Notes: a model not told the origin generated them from the sequence alone. 64,000 nt of DNA from Thermoproteota archaeon (GCA_037917685.1 JAVCBU010000003.1:65941-129940); one strand, 5' to 3'; positions 54,531 to 63,634 are shown, counted from the first letter of the stretch. Translations and numbers: made by a program.

Positions 54531-55454
54531 ATGAGTATCATAATTCATGGAGGTCTCAAAATATCTAAGAGGAGAATATCAAAAAGAGCTGTTGAGGAAC
54601 TTGAAAATGCACTCGGAGTAGGCGTGGAAAACCTTAGTTCAGGTTCAGCCATAGACGCTGTAGTTGAAGCTGTAGCCTACATGGAAGATTCCCCATTTTT
54701 CAATGCGGGTGTAGGCTCCTCACTAAACCTCGAAGGCCAAGCTGAGCTCGACGCGTCTGTCATGGACGGGACAACCCTTAGGTATGGTGGTGTAGGGTTT
54801 GTTAAAAACGTTAAAAATCCTATCCGCCTAGCAAGGATTATCATGGAGAAAACAGAGCATTCCCTAATTGTAGGTGAAGGAGCGGAGAAGCTTGCAGCCA
54901 AATACGGTCTCAAGCAGAGTTTCGAAACACCCAGCCATGTGGAACAGGCATACGAGTCCCTGTTAAGAGAGCTGAAGTCTGGAGGGGGATGCGAATACCA
55001 CAGATGGCTCAGGAAATTCCTCGAACACGGCACAGTAGGCGCAGTAGCCCTGGACAGAGATGGGAACATAGCGGTTGCAACGTCGACGGGAGGACTATGG
55101 CTGAAGCTCCCAGGCCGGGTTGGAGACACGCCAACCCCCGGCTGCGGGACATACGCGGACAGCAGGTCCGGAGGATGCTCAGGCTCAGGAATAGGCGAGG
55201 CAGGAATGAGACTATGCACAGCAAAAAGGGTTGTAGACCTTCTAAGCCAGGGATACAGCACATGGCAGGCATGCAGGATAGCAATAGAAGAGGTAGAGTT
55301 AAGACTAGGCCTAAAGTTCGGCGTAATAGCCCTAGACAGAAAGGGAAACCCAGGATATTACCACAACGGATATGCCTTCTACATAGCATTCCACAAGGAA
55401 GGCGGAAAATTTGCAGGAGCCGTAGACAGAAATGGAAAACCAATTTACAAATAG
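54531..55454 (+). CDS. Isoaspartyl peptidase / plant-type L-asparaginase (Ntn hydrolase)
   Basis: The autoprocessing site HGTVGAVALDRDGNIAVATSTGG is present, with GIGE downstream. Confidence 0.85.
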   Translation: MSIIIHGGLKISKRRISKRAVEELENALGVGVENLSSGSAIDAVVEAVAYMEDSPFFNAGVGSSLNLEGQAELDASVMDGTTLRYGGVGFVKNVKNPIRLARIIMEKTEHSLIVGEGAEKLAAKYGLKQSFETPSHVEQAYESLLRELKSGGGCEYHRWLRKFLEHGTVGAVALDRDGNIAVATSTGGLWLKLPGRVGDTPTPGCGTYADSRSGGCSGSGIGEAGMRLCTAKRVVDLLSQGYSTWQACRIAIEEVELRLGLKFGVIALDRKGNPGYYHNGYAFYIAFHKEGGKFAGAVDRNGKPIYK

Positions 55455-55549
55455 CTATACAACTATAGCTATAGCTATTCAAACCCAATATTAATAGCTA
55501 TAGCTATTCAAACCCAATATTAATACAGCTATACAAACCCAATATTAAG
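55451..55549. repeat. Tandem direct repeats (periods 29 and 25 nt) built on a TATAGCTATA palindrome and a CAAACCCAATATTAA core
   Basis: ATTCAAACCCAATATTAAT occurs at 55477-55495 and at 55506-55524. ATACAAACCCAATATTAAG occurs at 55531-55549. ATAGCTATAGCTAT blocks precede the first two copies. Confidence 0.85.
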
Positions 55550-55829
55550 AAAAGGCCGTGAACCGGGGAGGTTAGGCTTAGTTTGGGTTAAAGAGAACAT
55601 GTTATATGGGCTGCTGAGACATAACGATGTCTATAATGTTGTCAATTCACAAGCGAAGTTTCAGCCCAGGAATTTCAATGAAACTTTAAAGTATCCTTCT
55701 TATCGCGTGCGAAAATACCCTAGTAGGGAGTGGAATTAGTGAAAGAAGATGTAGGGAAAGCCGAAGAAATCAGAAATAAAATCTATCAGAGTTGCATGCA
55801 CCCAAGCGTCTGAAGGCGCCCCATCGTTC

Positions 55830-56126
55830 TTAGTGGCAAAGGCCACGTCTATCGGTCTGTACGCCCCGGCGCGCGATGAAATCTAAAATCTCTCTACTTT
55901 TAGCAGGATTTAAAGAAATGGTTTCCCCTCTTTTATGGGGTAAGATGTAGCCTCTATTTACCATCTCCTTTATGCATTTTCTAACCCTTTTACCGTTTCT
56001 CCCAATCTTTCTGCCGAGAAAGTTTACTAAGGTATCTGCAGGGAAATAGTGGGCACCCCACCTTCCCTTCTTCAATAAGAATTCTACGATGGAAACTTTA
56101 ACCTGCTCGTCTGTGAGTTGAGACAT
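55830..56126 (-). CDS. Small winged-helix DNA-binding protein (putative)
   Basis: This 98-aa basic protein (RVRKCIKEMVNRGYILPHKRGETISLNP) resembles the wing and recognition helix of a wHTH. Confidence 0.4.
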   Translation of the reverse strand: MSQLTDEQVKVSIVEFLLKKGRWGAHYFPADTLVNFLGRKIGRNGKRVRKCIKEMVNRGYILPHKRGETISLNPAKSREILDFIARRGVQTDRRGLCH

Positions 56127-56183
56127 AGTACAGTTATAGAACTTTAAAGGTAAATATTTAAATATTTATGCTTAGAATATTTA

Positions 56184-56552
56184 TTGATCGTTGTGGCCAG
56201 GGAAGTTAGGTACAAGGACATGGGAGACTCAATTCTGATTAAGGCTTTTGGTTACTCGCCTAAGCTGAGAATACTCGACATATTCTTAACAAACCCCTAC
56301 CTCGACTTCAGTAAGGAAGAATTAGTCAGAGAGCTCGGTATGAGCAAGCAAACCCTATACAAGAACTTCAAGGATTTAGTAGAGCTTGGAGTGATTAAAG
56401 TTTCGAGGAAAATAGGGAGAGCAACAATGTACAGGATAAACAGGGAACACCCATTGGTGAAAAGATTGGACGAGATGATAAACGAGATATCCCTACAAAT
56501 AGCTGAGGAAGAAGCAAAGAAGCAAGCTAAACAAATCCCTGTTAGTAAGTGA
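56184..56552 (+). CDS. wHTH transcriptional regulator (ArsR/MarR-like)
   Basis: The sequence LRILDIFLTNPYLDFSKEELVRELGMSKQTLYKNFKDLVELGVIKVSRKIGRATMYRIN fits the family. It is divergent from the 98-aa gene. Confidence 0.55.
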   Translation: MIVVAREVRYKDMGDSILIKAFGYSPKLRILDIFLTNPYLDFSKEELVRELGMSKQTLYKNFKDLVELGVIKVSRKIGRATMYRINREHPLVKRLDEMINEISLQIAEEEAKKQAKQIPVSK

Positions 56553-56692
56553 TGGTGCGAAAGCAGATATTTAAGAAACCCGGTGTCTTGTTCTGTTTAA
56601 GCGCATTTTGGCTCTCTGGCTCAGGGTTCCTCAAACCAAACAAGACCAGAAATCCTGTAGGGATCGCAGATAAAGGAAGCAAGAACGGGTAG

Positions 56693-57109
56693 TTACTTGT
56701 AGACGAGCTAACTGTGGGTGTGGATCCGATCTCAGCGGTTGAGATAAGAAAACAGATAAAACGGCTGAGTAGGGAGAAGGGTGTGACGACCCTTATAACC
56801 AGCCACTATATGCGTGAGATTGAAATGCTTTGCGACAGGATCGCAGTCATGAACAGGGGGCGTATAGTAGCATGCGGGTCGCTCGAGGATCTTAGGAAGG
56901 CTGTCTCACCAGGCAAGGTCGCCTCTATAGAGGTTTTCAACATGTCGGAGAGGGCTCTTCTCAAAATAAAATCTTTGGAAGGCGTGGAAGGGGTAACCCC
57001 AACAGGCGGGTGTAGCCATGTAGCCAGGTCCACCTTACGTGTCGAACTGTCCGGCGGTGAGGAGGTCCTAGCAGGGGTATTGCGATCTCTCCGGGATGAG
57101 ATGGTTTAA
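56693..57109 (+). pseudogene. 3' fragment of an ABC-transporter ATPase (ABC-2/CcmA-like); Walker A half missing
   Basis: The frame opens right after a TAG with LLVDELTVGVDP (Walker B/D-loop), then TLITSHYMREIEMLCDRIAVMNRGRIV (H-loop). No upstream Walker A or signature is present in any frame. Confidence 0.65.
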
Positions 57110-57168
57110 TGCGATAAACGTGAGTAATATGCTTCACCGTCATCAACTTAAACTCCTAAAGCGCATCA

Positions 57169-58083
57169 TCATTTTAGGAGCTCTATTTTCGATGTTCGAG
57201 ATTGCGGGTTTAATGTGATCTTGAAGTTATAGGTGAACATGAGTCTTCTACCCGTGTAACCCCTGCGCTTAGGGTTGGCGAGAAGTAGGGGGCTCTGCCT
57301 CCACCTTCTTACAAACCGAACCCGTAGCAATCTACACTTGAATCTTCCACCGGCGTCTTCCACGCCGATCTTAACTTCCCTAAGGAAGTACAGGTATGTT
57401 CTTCCAAGGTGTACTCCCCGATGGGTTTCATAGACTTTAGGAGGGGGCACAATCCCCTCCCCTAGCTCCTCACTAAAAATGGTATAGTAGGGGTTTCCCG
57501 TGTCGAAGTCTGCGGCTACCTTTCTCCCCTCACGTAAAACCCTCCCCTCCTCCCACTCTCTACCTCCGAGAAACAGCTCCACTGTAGGGTAATAGTCCCC
57601 GTTAACCTTGATCCATGACACCTCTTCCACCATATCCTCTCTGCTGAACACGTAGCACGGTTTACCCATCTCCATCATTAGGTTGTTAACTACTTCTCCC
57701 GGGATCCCATCGACGTCGCTCGACCTGTAAATAACATTCCCATCGCAAACTACGACATGGTGAACATTCTCCTTCTCGAAGATCTTCTCAACCTTCTCTC
57801 TACACATCCAATACGCTTTCTCTAGTAGAGACGCGTATTCGTCGAGAGAAAGCCTTTTAAAGTCCTCTAGAGGAATGTTAAATGGGTCTTCAAACTTCTC
57901 TGCCAGAACCCAAACATTCCTACCCCTATTAGAAACCTTTCCCGCCTTCTTCAGAATCCATAGGTAGTGGCTAACAACCTCCCTCTTCCTCTTAAGCCTC
58001 CTAGCAATCTGGCTGGCCGTAGCTCCCATGCTCCCAACGTTCCTTAACACCTCAAGTATGTCCTCATCCAACCCTATATACAC
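57169..58083 (-). CDS. wHTH fused to a possible retropepsin-like (clan AA aspartic protease) C-terminal domain
   Basis: The N-terminal ILEVLRNVGSMGATASQIARRLKRKREVVSHYLWILKKAGKV is wHTH-like. The C-terminal VAADFDTGNPYYTIF is a D-T-G motif in a beta-rich context. Confidence 0.35.
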   Translation of the reverse strand: MYIGLDEDILEVLRNVGSMGATASQIARRLKRKREVVSHYLWILKKAGKVSNRGRNVWVLAEKFEDPFNIPLEDFKRLSLDEYASLLEKAYWMCREKVEKIFEKENVHHVVVCDGNVIYRSSDVDGIPGEVVNNLMMEMGKPCYVFSREDMVEEVSWIKVNGDYYPTVELFLGGREWEEGRVLREGRKVAADFDTGNPYYTIFSEELGEGIVPPPKVYETHRGVHLGRTYLYFLREVKIGVEDAGGRFKCRLLRVRFVRRWRQSPLLLANPKRRGYTGRRLMFTYNFKITLNPQSRTSKIELLK

Positions 58084-58199
58084 TCACCATATATTTCACA
58101 GTATAATATTCTATTTAAATATTTTAAGATATTAATTATGATGGGCTCAAGCTTTCTAAGGAGGGCTTAAAAAGCCCATCTAAGCATTAATGAGCTTAG

Positions 58200-59040
58200 A
58201 TGTTAAGCAAAGGCTTCATAAAGGTAAAATGTGTTTCCAATCGACACCCCCGCTTCAGCTGGGAGATTCTTGCTTCAGGGTATTCATCGGTTGAGTGTTC
58301 ACTGCCCTTTTAGACTTCCACCCCATTCCATTCCACCTTAGAAGCAAGGGCTGTGCCACCCGTTATCCCTATCCTCCACGAGGGACTCGGGATTATAATT
58401 CTACAACGCTTGGCTATGTCAACACGCCTACTATGTCGCGTGCTCCTATCCTACAGTTAGGGCAGTAGGATAAGCCTCTATATCTTCTAACGCCCGTTAC
58501 CCCGCATAGTGGGCATAGCGTTGAAGTCTTGTATTTGTTAACTTCTTCAACCTCTATTCCACACTCCTCAACCTTATCTTTGAACCTCTGGACATTGTAG
58601 CTGAAGCTCCAAAAATTGTGTATCATCGAATTGGATTTCCTACCCTTATGTTGTTTTCTCTGATGCCTTTGAGCCTTTTTAAACATCTTTGAAACACATA
58701 GCTTGTATCGTCTTCAACTACCTGTCTTATCATGCGTTCACTGCATGCCTGAACCTTCCCCCTAATCCTGCATAGCCTTCTAGGCCTTCTTGATGGTTTA
58801 GCATTGTTTGTTCTTGCCAGTCTGCCCTTTAGCAATCTTCTTCGTCTAATACCATCAATTGGATAGAGTCGCCCTTCCAGAGTAGGCTTGGCTGTTCTAG
58901 TCCCTCAAACCATATTGTTGCAAGGTCGTCGCACCTGAGTCGATGTGGAGGGCTTGTCGCCTCCACGCTTGGGAGTCCCTCGACTTTAACCGTCATAAAG
59001 CTTATACCCTGTTTTGTTGGGTAGAACAGTATCGATAGGG
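58200..59040 (-). mobile_element. Remnant of an IS200/IS605-family element (TnpB only, decayed), including the structured region 3' of tnpB where an omega/reRNA would lie
   Basis: TnpB-like fragments are described in the next entry. In minus sense, the 58200-58413 region downstream of the stop is GC-rich and non-coding. No tnpA is present. Confidence 0.5.
58414..58990 (-). pseudogene. tnpB: tnpB (OrfB, RuvC-like/Zn-finger) pseudogene
   Basis: The C-terminal YKTSTLCPLCGV...YCPNCRIGARD is a Zn finger with RuvC-III context. An overlapping frame reads RRRRLLKGRLARTNNAKPSRRPRRLCRIRGKVQACSERMIRQVVEDD. At least one frameshift is present and most of the N-terminal half is missing. Confidence 0.65.
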
Positions 59041-59074
59041 AACTTTAAGAGTTATATAATGGTTATTTGGAGGT

Positions 59075-59875
59075 GTGGAGTCCTCTCTTTACGTTGTTGG
59101 GCAAGCGTTAAAATTTGATCTTAATAAAGTAAGCAAGCTTAGAACTGAAGTTAGAATCGCGGTGGAGGAAGCATTCTCTCTATATGTCAATGGGGAACTC
59201 TACACAAGAGTGATGCTTACACCTTCCTTCCTTGAAGAGTGGGCTGTCGGCTTTCTCTACTATAAGGGTATGGTAGAATCCAAGAAAGATATAGAGAGGA
59301 TTATTGTTCATGGGAGTAATGTAGCTGTTTCAATCAAGTCTCCAGGGAATACTCAGATGAGGCTTAGAGGCTATATGCCTGTCCCTTCTAATTACGTGTC
59401 CTTAGCGAACGTTGACGGTGAAAGGATGGCCCTAATAAAGAAAGCATCTGTGGAAATAAGTTCAAACAAAATTTCGATACCTGGGAGTCTTGTAAGGGAT
59501 ATTTCCAGATCGTTGAACGGTCTATCGGAGATTTTCAGGGTGACAGGTGGAACCCACTCGGCAGCGCTGTTTGACATTAGAGGGAAGTGTTTAACTCACA
59601 TTGAAGACGTTGGAAGGCACAATGCGGTGGACAAGGTTATAGGAAGCTGCATACTGCATGATATCCAGATGAAGGACAAGATTTTAGCAGTCAGCGGCCG
59701 GCTTTCAGAAGAAGTCGTCTTCAAATGTGTAAGAGCATACATCCCAATACTCATATCACTTTCAGCCCCTCTAAGCCGGGGGGTCAGGCTGGCGAGAGCA
59801 GCAGGTATTACCCTTATAGGCTTTGCAAGGGGGTCAAAGTTCAATGTCTACACCTACCCGAATAGAATCACATAA
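59075..59875 (+). CDS. fdhD: FdhD sulfurtransferase (formate dehydrogenase accessory protein)
   Basis: The sequence GGTHSAALFD...IEDVGRHNAVDKVIG is the FdhD signature. The protein is 266 aa. Confidence 0.85.
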   Translation: MESSLYVVGQALKFDLNKVSKLRTEVRIAVEEAFSLYVNGELYTRVMLTPSFLEEWAVGFLYYKGMVESKKDIERIIVHGSNVAVSIKSPGNTQMRLRGYMPVPSNYVSLANVDGERMALIKKASVEISSNKISIPGSLVRDISRSLNGLSEIFRVTGGTHSAALFDIRGKCLTHIEDVGRHNAVDKVIGSCILHDIQMKDKILAVSGRLSEEVVFKCVRAYIPILISLSAPLSRGVRLARAAGITLIGFARGSKFNVYTYPNRIT

Positions 59876-59929
59876 CTAATGAGTAGTCCTATAAATAGAG
59901 GATAATAAGACTTTATTAGAGGGAACGTT

Positions 59930-60259
59930 TTGCTGGTGAACCTGATTAGATTTCCTGAAGCTGGAATAGAAGATCTTCACGAGCCAGTAGACGGTCTACT
60001 CGCTTCATATAGCGAAATAATGCTTAAGTCTAGACCTGTTAGGCGGCTTTTTGAGAGAAAACTCAAGCATAACATATTATCAACACTGAAAAGCATGGGA
60101 TACCATGTGAAAGAATTTATGATAGGAGGAGGTAGAGTATTTATCCAACTAAAGGAACTGCAACCCTGTGCGAATTATGTAGTGTCATTAAATACAAATA
60201 CTTCTCTAAAAAATCTAACAGTAAACAGGAAAGAAAGAATAACTTCAATTTATGTATAA
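59930..60259 (+). pseudogene. N-terminal fragment of a ThiI/THUMP-type tRNA sulfurtransferase (putative)
   Basis: YSEIMLKSRPVRRLFERKLKHNILSTL resembles the ThiI N-terminal ferredoxin-like domain. The ORF runs into low-complexity AT-rich sequence and stops at 109 aa, whereas ThiI is about 380 aa. Confidence 0.35.
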
Positions 60260-60292
60260 AAACTGGTGATCAAAAGTTATAGGGGGTTTATT

Positions 60293-61525
60293 ATGGCGGC
60301 AAAAATTTCCAGAGTAAAAGCGCTTCTGGAAGCTCACGGAGAGCCTGAGAGAGAAGTTTACTATGACATCGAAAACTCTCCGATCGTCCCAAGAGAGGTT
60401 GTAGAGGCGATGCTTCCATACTTTAATTTAAAGGGTTATGGTCACCCTTCAATCACCCATAAACCGGGGTGGCAGGCGGCGGAAATAGTGGAATCTACAA
60501 GGGAAATAGTAGCAGAAACAATAAATACAAGGCCGGAGAACATAACATTCACACCTTCCGGAACCGTTGCCAACAATCTAGCATTGGTAGGGGCTTGCCT
60601 CCAGAAAGGCAAGGGGAAAATCGTAATCTCAGCAGTTGAACATGAAAGCGTGATCTTCCCCACTATAAGGACCCTGGGAAGGATGGGTTACCGTGTTGTC
60701 CAAGCACCGGTAGATGGAGAAGGATTTGTTGATCCAGAGATAATAGCCTCGATGGTTGATAAGTCCACAGTATTGGTTAGCGTTCAACTCGTAAATCACG
60801 AGATAGGTACAATACAAAGAGTGCGAGAAATAGTTGAACATGTTAAAGACATAAATAAAGAAACCCTTGTACACACAGACGCAGCAGATGGTTGGGGGTG
60901 GATGCCTATAGATGTTGGAAAGCTAAAAGTCGACTTGTTAACACTTAGCGGGAGGAAGATTCAAGCACCTAAAGGCGTGGGGATTCTCTGGGTGAAAGAT
61001 GGAGTTAGACTTCGAAGAATAGTGGAAGGGCCGCTAAGCACCCAAAACTATTGGCCAGGAGTCGAAAACACGCCAGCGATCGCCGGATTGAAAAAGGCCG
61101 TTGAACTCGCATTCAGTAACATGGAAGAGAACGCTAAGAAAGTAGCAGGGCTAAGAGATAGGCTTATGAAAGGTGTATTAAGTAACGTGGATGATGTGAT
61201 TCTCAACGGGCCGGAAAGCAGTTTAAGAAGCCCTGACAATCTGAACCTAAGCTTTCTACATATAGAGGGGGAAGCACTGACGATCGAGTTAAGCTTAAAA
61301 GGCATCTACGTGTCCAGCGGTTCCGCGTGTACTACCAGAGTTCTTGAGCCGAGCCATGTAATGCTAGCGATAGGGAGAAAATACGAGGAGGCCCACGGAA
61401 GCATCCTTTTCAAGCTTACAAGGTGCCATACCATAGAAGACGTAAACTATACTATTGAAAATATTCCATTAGCTGTTGAAAGGCTAAGAAAGATGAGTGC
61501 CACTAAAGGTGAGATAGTTGAGTAG
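60293..61525 (+). CDS. iscS: Cysteine desulfurase, NifS/IscS class
   Basis: It has the class-V aminotransferase layout, with LSGRKIQAPKGVG (PLP Lys) and SSGSACT (catalytic Cys). The ATG at 60293 follows AGGGGG. Confidence 0.85.
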   Translation: MAAKISRVKALLEAHGEPEREVYYDIENSPIVPREVVEAMLPYFNLKGYGHPSITHKPGWQAAEIVESTREIVAETINTRPENITFTPSGTVANNLALVGACLQKGKGKIVISAVEHESVIFPTIRTLGRMGYRVVQAPVDGEGFVDPEIIASMVDKSTVLVSVQLVNHEIGTIQRVREIVEHVKDINKETLVHTDAADGWGWMPIDVGKLKVDLLTLSGRKIQAPKGVGILWVKDGVRLRRIVEGPLSTQNYWPGVENTPAIAGLKKAVELAFSNMEENAKKVAGLRDRLMKGVLSNVDDVILNGPESSLRSPDNLNLSFLHIEGEALTIELSLKGIYVSSGSACTTRVLEPSHVMLAIGRKYEEAHGSILFKLTRCHTIEDVNYTIENIPLAVERLRKMSATKGEIVE

Positions 61526-62054
61526 GATTCCCCTTATTTATACTCCTAAAGTTCTAGAGTTATTTAAAAACCCGAAAAACCTCGGGAAAATGAGCGATGC
61601 CTCAGTTGTCGCTCAGGCGGGAAGTCCAGCGTGCGGAGATGTAATAAACATTTACCTCAAAGTTACAGTTAGAAACGGGGAAGACTACATCGACAAAGCA
61701 AGCTTTGAAAGCTACGGGTGCGCTGCTAACATCGCTGCAGCAAGCATCGTCACAGAGCTCGTTAAGGGATTATCGTTGAAAGAAGCATGGACGAAAATAA
61801 GCTGGAAGCAAGTGTCAGACGAGTTAGGCGGGCTGCCTCCTGTCAAAAGACACTGTAGCATCTTAGCGGTTGGAGCACTAAAACGAGCCATCAGAAAATA
61901 TTATACTAAGATAAAAGGCCAAAGACCTGAATGGCTTCCCTTAGATCTCACCCCGGATGAGAAACAAGCATTAGAGGCGGAAGAGATGATAGACAGGCTG
62001 TATAGGAGGTTTAGAAATGAGGGTGAAAAAGATAGATCTAACAGTACAGCCTGA
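61518..62054 (+). CDS. iscU: IscU/NifU-type Fe-S scaffold
   Basis: GSPACGDV, YGCAANIAAAS and KRHCSILA supply the three conserved Cys residues. The gene overlaps the iscS stop by 8 nt and has a TTG start. Confidence 0.85.
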   Translation: MSRIPLIYTPKVLELFKNPKNLGKMSDASVVAQAGSPACGDVINIYLKVTVRNGEDYIDKASFESYGCAANIAAASIVTELVKGLSLKEAWTKISWKQVSDELGGLPPVKRHCSILAVGALKRAIRKYYTKIKGQRPEWLPLDLTPDEKQALEAEEMIDRLYRRFRNEGEKDRSNSTA

Positions 62055-62247
62055 GGGTTGTGTGAATCCACCGATTGTAAGGCTTACACGGGCTATTAAA
62101 GAGCTTAAACTGGGAGAAGAGATAGAGGTAATATATAGAGAGGACATGATACCGCTGAAAACGCTACAGCTCTTGTCAAAAAAGTATAACCTTGTCCTAG
62201 CCCAGGTTTCAGCTAATAAGTGTGTTATGAAAAGGGAGGGTACATGA
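62017..62247 (+). CDS. TusA/SirA-like sulfur-carrier protein (putative)
   Basis: It is 76 aa. EGCVNPPIVRLTRAIKELKLGEEIEV resembles the GxxCPxP...L..G..L motif, with a variant Cys context. Confidence 0.45.
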   Translation: MRVKKIDLTVQPEGCVNPPIVRLTRAIKELKLGEEIEVIYREDMIPLKTLQLLSKKYNLVLAQVSANKCVMKREGT

Positions 62248-62819
62248 TAGATGTAGAGGCTATCCGGAAGGACTTTCCAATACTTGAGAGGATAATAAAC
62301 GGCCAGAAAATAGTGTATTTCGATAATGCCGCTTCCTCGCAGAAGCCGGTTCAAGTAGTGGAGAGAATGAAAGACTTCTACTATAACACATATGCAAACG
62401 TGCATCGCGGCGTTCACACGCTCAGCCAGGAAGCATCCGAACAATACGAGGAGGCACACGCAGTTGTAGCATCCCTCATAGGCTCCGGGAAAGATGAAAT
62501 AGTATTCACAATGGGCCAACAGACTCAATAAACCTGCTCGCCCGTAGACTTCATAGCATTCAGCGGCCACAAAATGCTAGGCCCGACAGGGATAGGTGTA
62601 CTCTACGGTAAGAAAGACCTTCTTGAAGAGCTAACGCCATACCGGTATGGCGGCGGAATGATGAGCAGGGTAACACTCTCAGAAGTCGAGTTTCAAGATG
62701 TCCCATGGAGACTTAAAGCGGGAACACCTAACATAGTTCAGGCTGTAGGCCTAGCAGAAGCGGTAAAATACCTCAAAAGGGTGGGAATGGAGAATATAGA
62801 GAGCCATGTAGCTTAGTGG
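62220..62819 (+). pseudogene. sufS: sufS/csdA-type cysteine desulfurase pseudogene (frameshift, ~130-aa internal deletion, 3' truncation)
   Basis: Frame 1 reads IRKDFPIL...VYFDNAASSQKP...ANVHRGVHTLS...EIVFT(stop). The next frame reads TDSINLLARR. A third frame reads DFIAFSGHKMLGPTGIGVLYGK...AGTPNI...(stop). The catalytic-Cys C-terminus is absent. Confidence 0.75.
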
Positions 62820-62913
62820 TCAACCTGCGACTGGAATGTAGTGTTAAACTGTTCGTATGTTTTAACAAAATATATAGTTAAACTTATATCTATGGTTGGA
62901 TATATCTTTTACG

Positions 62914-63135
62914 ATGATGGTTAAAGTTCTCACCAAAGGGATAATTGTAATTCCAAAGAAGGTTAGGGAAAAGATTGGGATTTCCGAGGGGAGCTTACTA
63001 TCGCTAAAGGTTGAGGATGGAAGTATAATTCTAACTCCAGCTGAAAGAAATATAACGGAGATCAACCTTCCGTATGACACTGTTGACAAGATTATATCCT
63101 CTCTTAGAAGGGAGGAGTTGAAGCTTGAAGGCTAA
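62914..63135 (+). CDS. vapB: AbrB/SpoVT-fold antitoxin (VapB-type)
   Basis: LTKGIIVIPKKVREKIGISEGSLLSLKVEDGSIILTP is a swapped-hairpin AbrB motif. The gene overlaps the PIN gene start. Confidence 0.7.
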   Translation: MMVKVLTKGIIVIPKKVREKIGISEGSLLSLKVEDGSIILTPAERNITEINLPYDTVDKIISSLRREELKLEG

Positions 63136-63634
63136 AACCTTAGGATACACCTTAGATTCTGGTGTTTTAATAGAATATGTAACCCCAGAGTCGCCCAATT
63201 ATACCTTAGCTAGAAACCTGCTTTTAATGAGCCTGCTTGGTAGGGTAAAGCTGTACGTTCAGATAATAAGCCTCACAGAGGTATACTACGTTTCCCTAAG
63301 GCTCTATAAGACAATGGGACTTAAGCAGCCCGGGGAAAAAGCTAGAGCCCTCTTCAACTTCTACATAAACCACCCTGGGATAAATATCGTGGTTCCAGAT
63401 AGTAAAATAGCCTTAGAGGCAGGAGTGATCAAAGAAAATTATAAGATAAGCCTAGCGGATTCATACGTTCTAGCTACAGCGAAAAATAAAGCATCGATAC
63501 CTCTATTTAGAAAAGTGGAGGAAGAATTCAAAGAAATATATGGGGAGCTTAAAAAAGCGTTCAGACTTACAACACTGCAGGAAATAAAAACACAACTAGA
63601 AGATTCTCTTACCACTGAGGACGAGAATAGTTAG
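63125..63634 (+). CDS. vapC: PIN-domain toxin (VapC-type)
   Basis: The N-terminal YTLDSGVLIEY carries the first acidic residue, and SLADSYVLATAK is the conserved D/S motif. It has the classical position after an AbrB antitoxin. Confidence 0.7.
   Translation: MKAKTLGYTLDSGVLIEYVTPESPNYTLARNLLLMSLLGRVKLYVQIISLTEVYYVSLRLYKTMGLKQPGEKARALFNFYINHPGINIVVPDSKIALEAGVIKENYKISLADSYVLATAKNKASIPLFRKVEEEFKEIYGELKKAFRLTTLQEIKTQLEDSLTTEDENS

Noticed and set aside
54677-55488. Three long ORFs (194, 159 and 159 aa) overlapping the asparaginase gene on both strands
   Set aside because: The translations are low-complexity Arg/Pro/Ser/Leu-rich with no motifs. The asparaginase frame carries clear Ntn-hydrolase signatures, so these are shadow ORFs.
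55451-55549. CRISPR array
   Set aside because: There are only about three short, directly abutting repeats, with no unique spacers of 30-40 nt, and no cas genes are in the window.
57110-57168. C/D-box sRNA on the minus strand, with AUGAUGA and UGAUGA boxes spaced as C and C'
   Set aside because: No CUGA D or D' box sits at the expected ~12-nt distances (GUUU and UUAC instead), and there is no terminal stem.
61971-62570. A 199-aa minus-strand ORF across iscU, the tusA-like gene and sufS
   Set aside because: It is antisense to three recognisable plus-strand genes and has no motifs and atypical composition.
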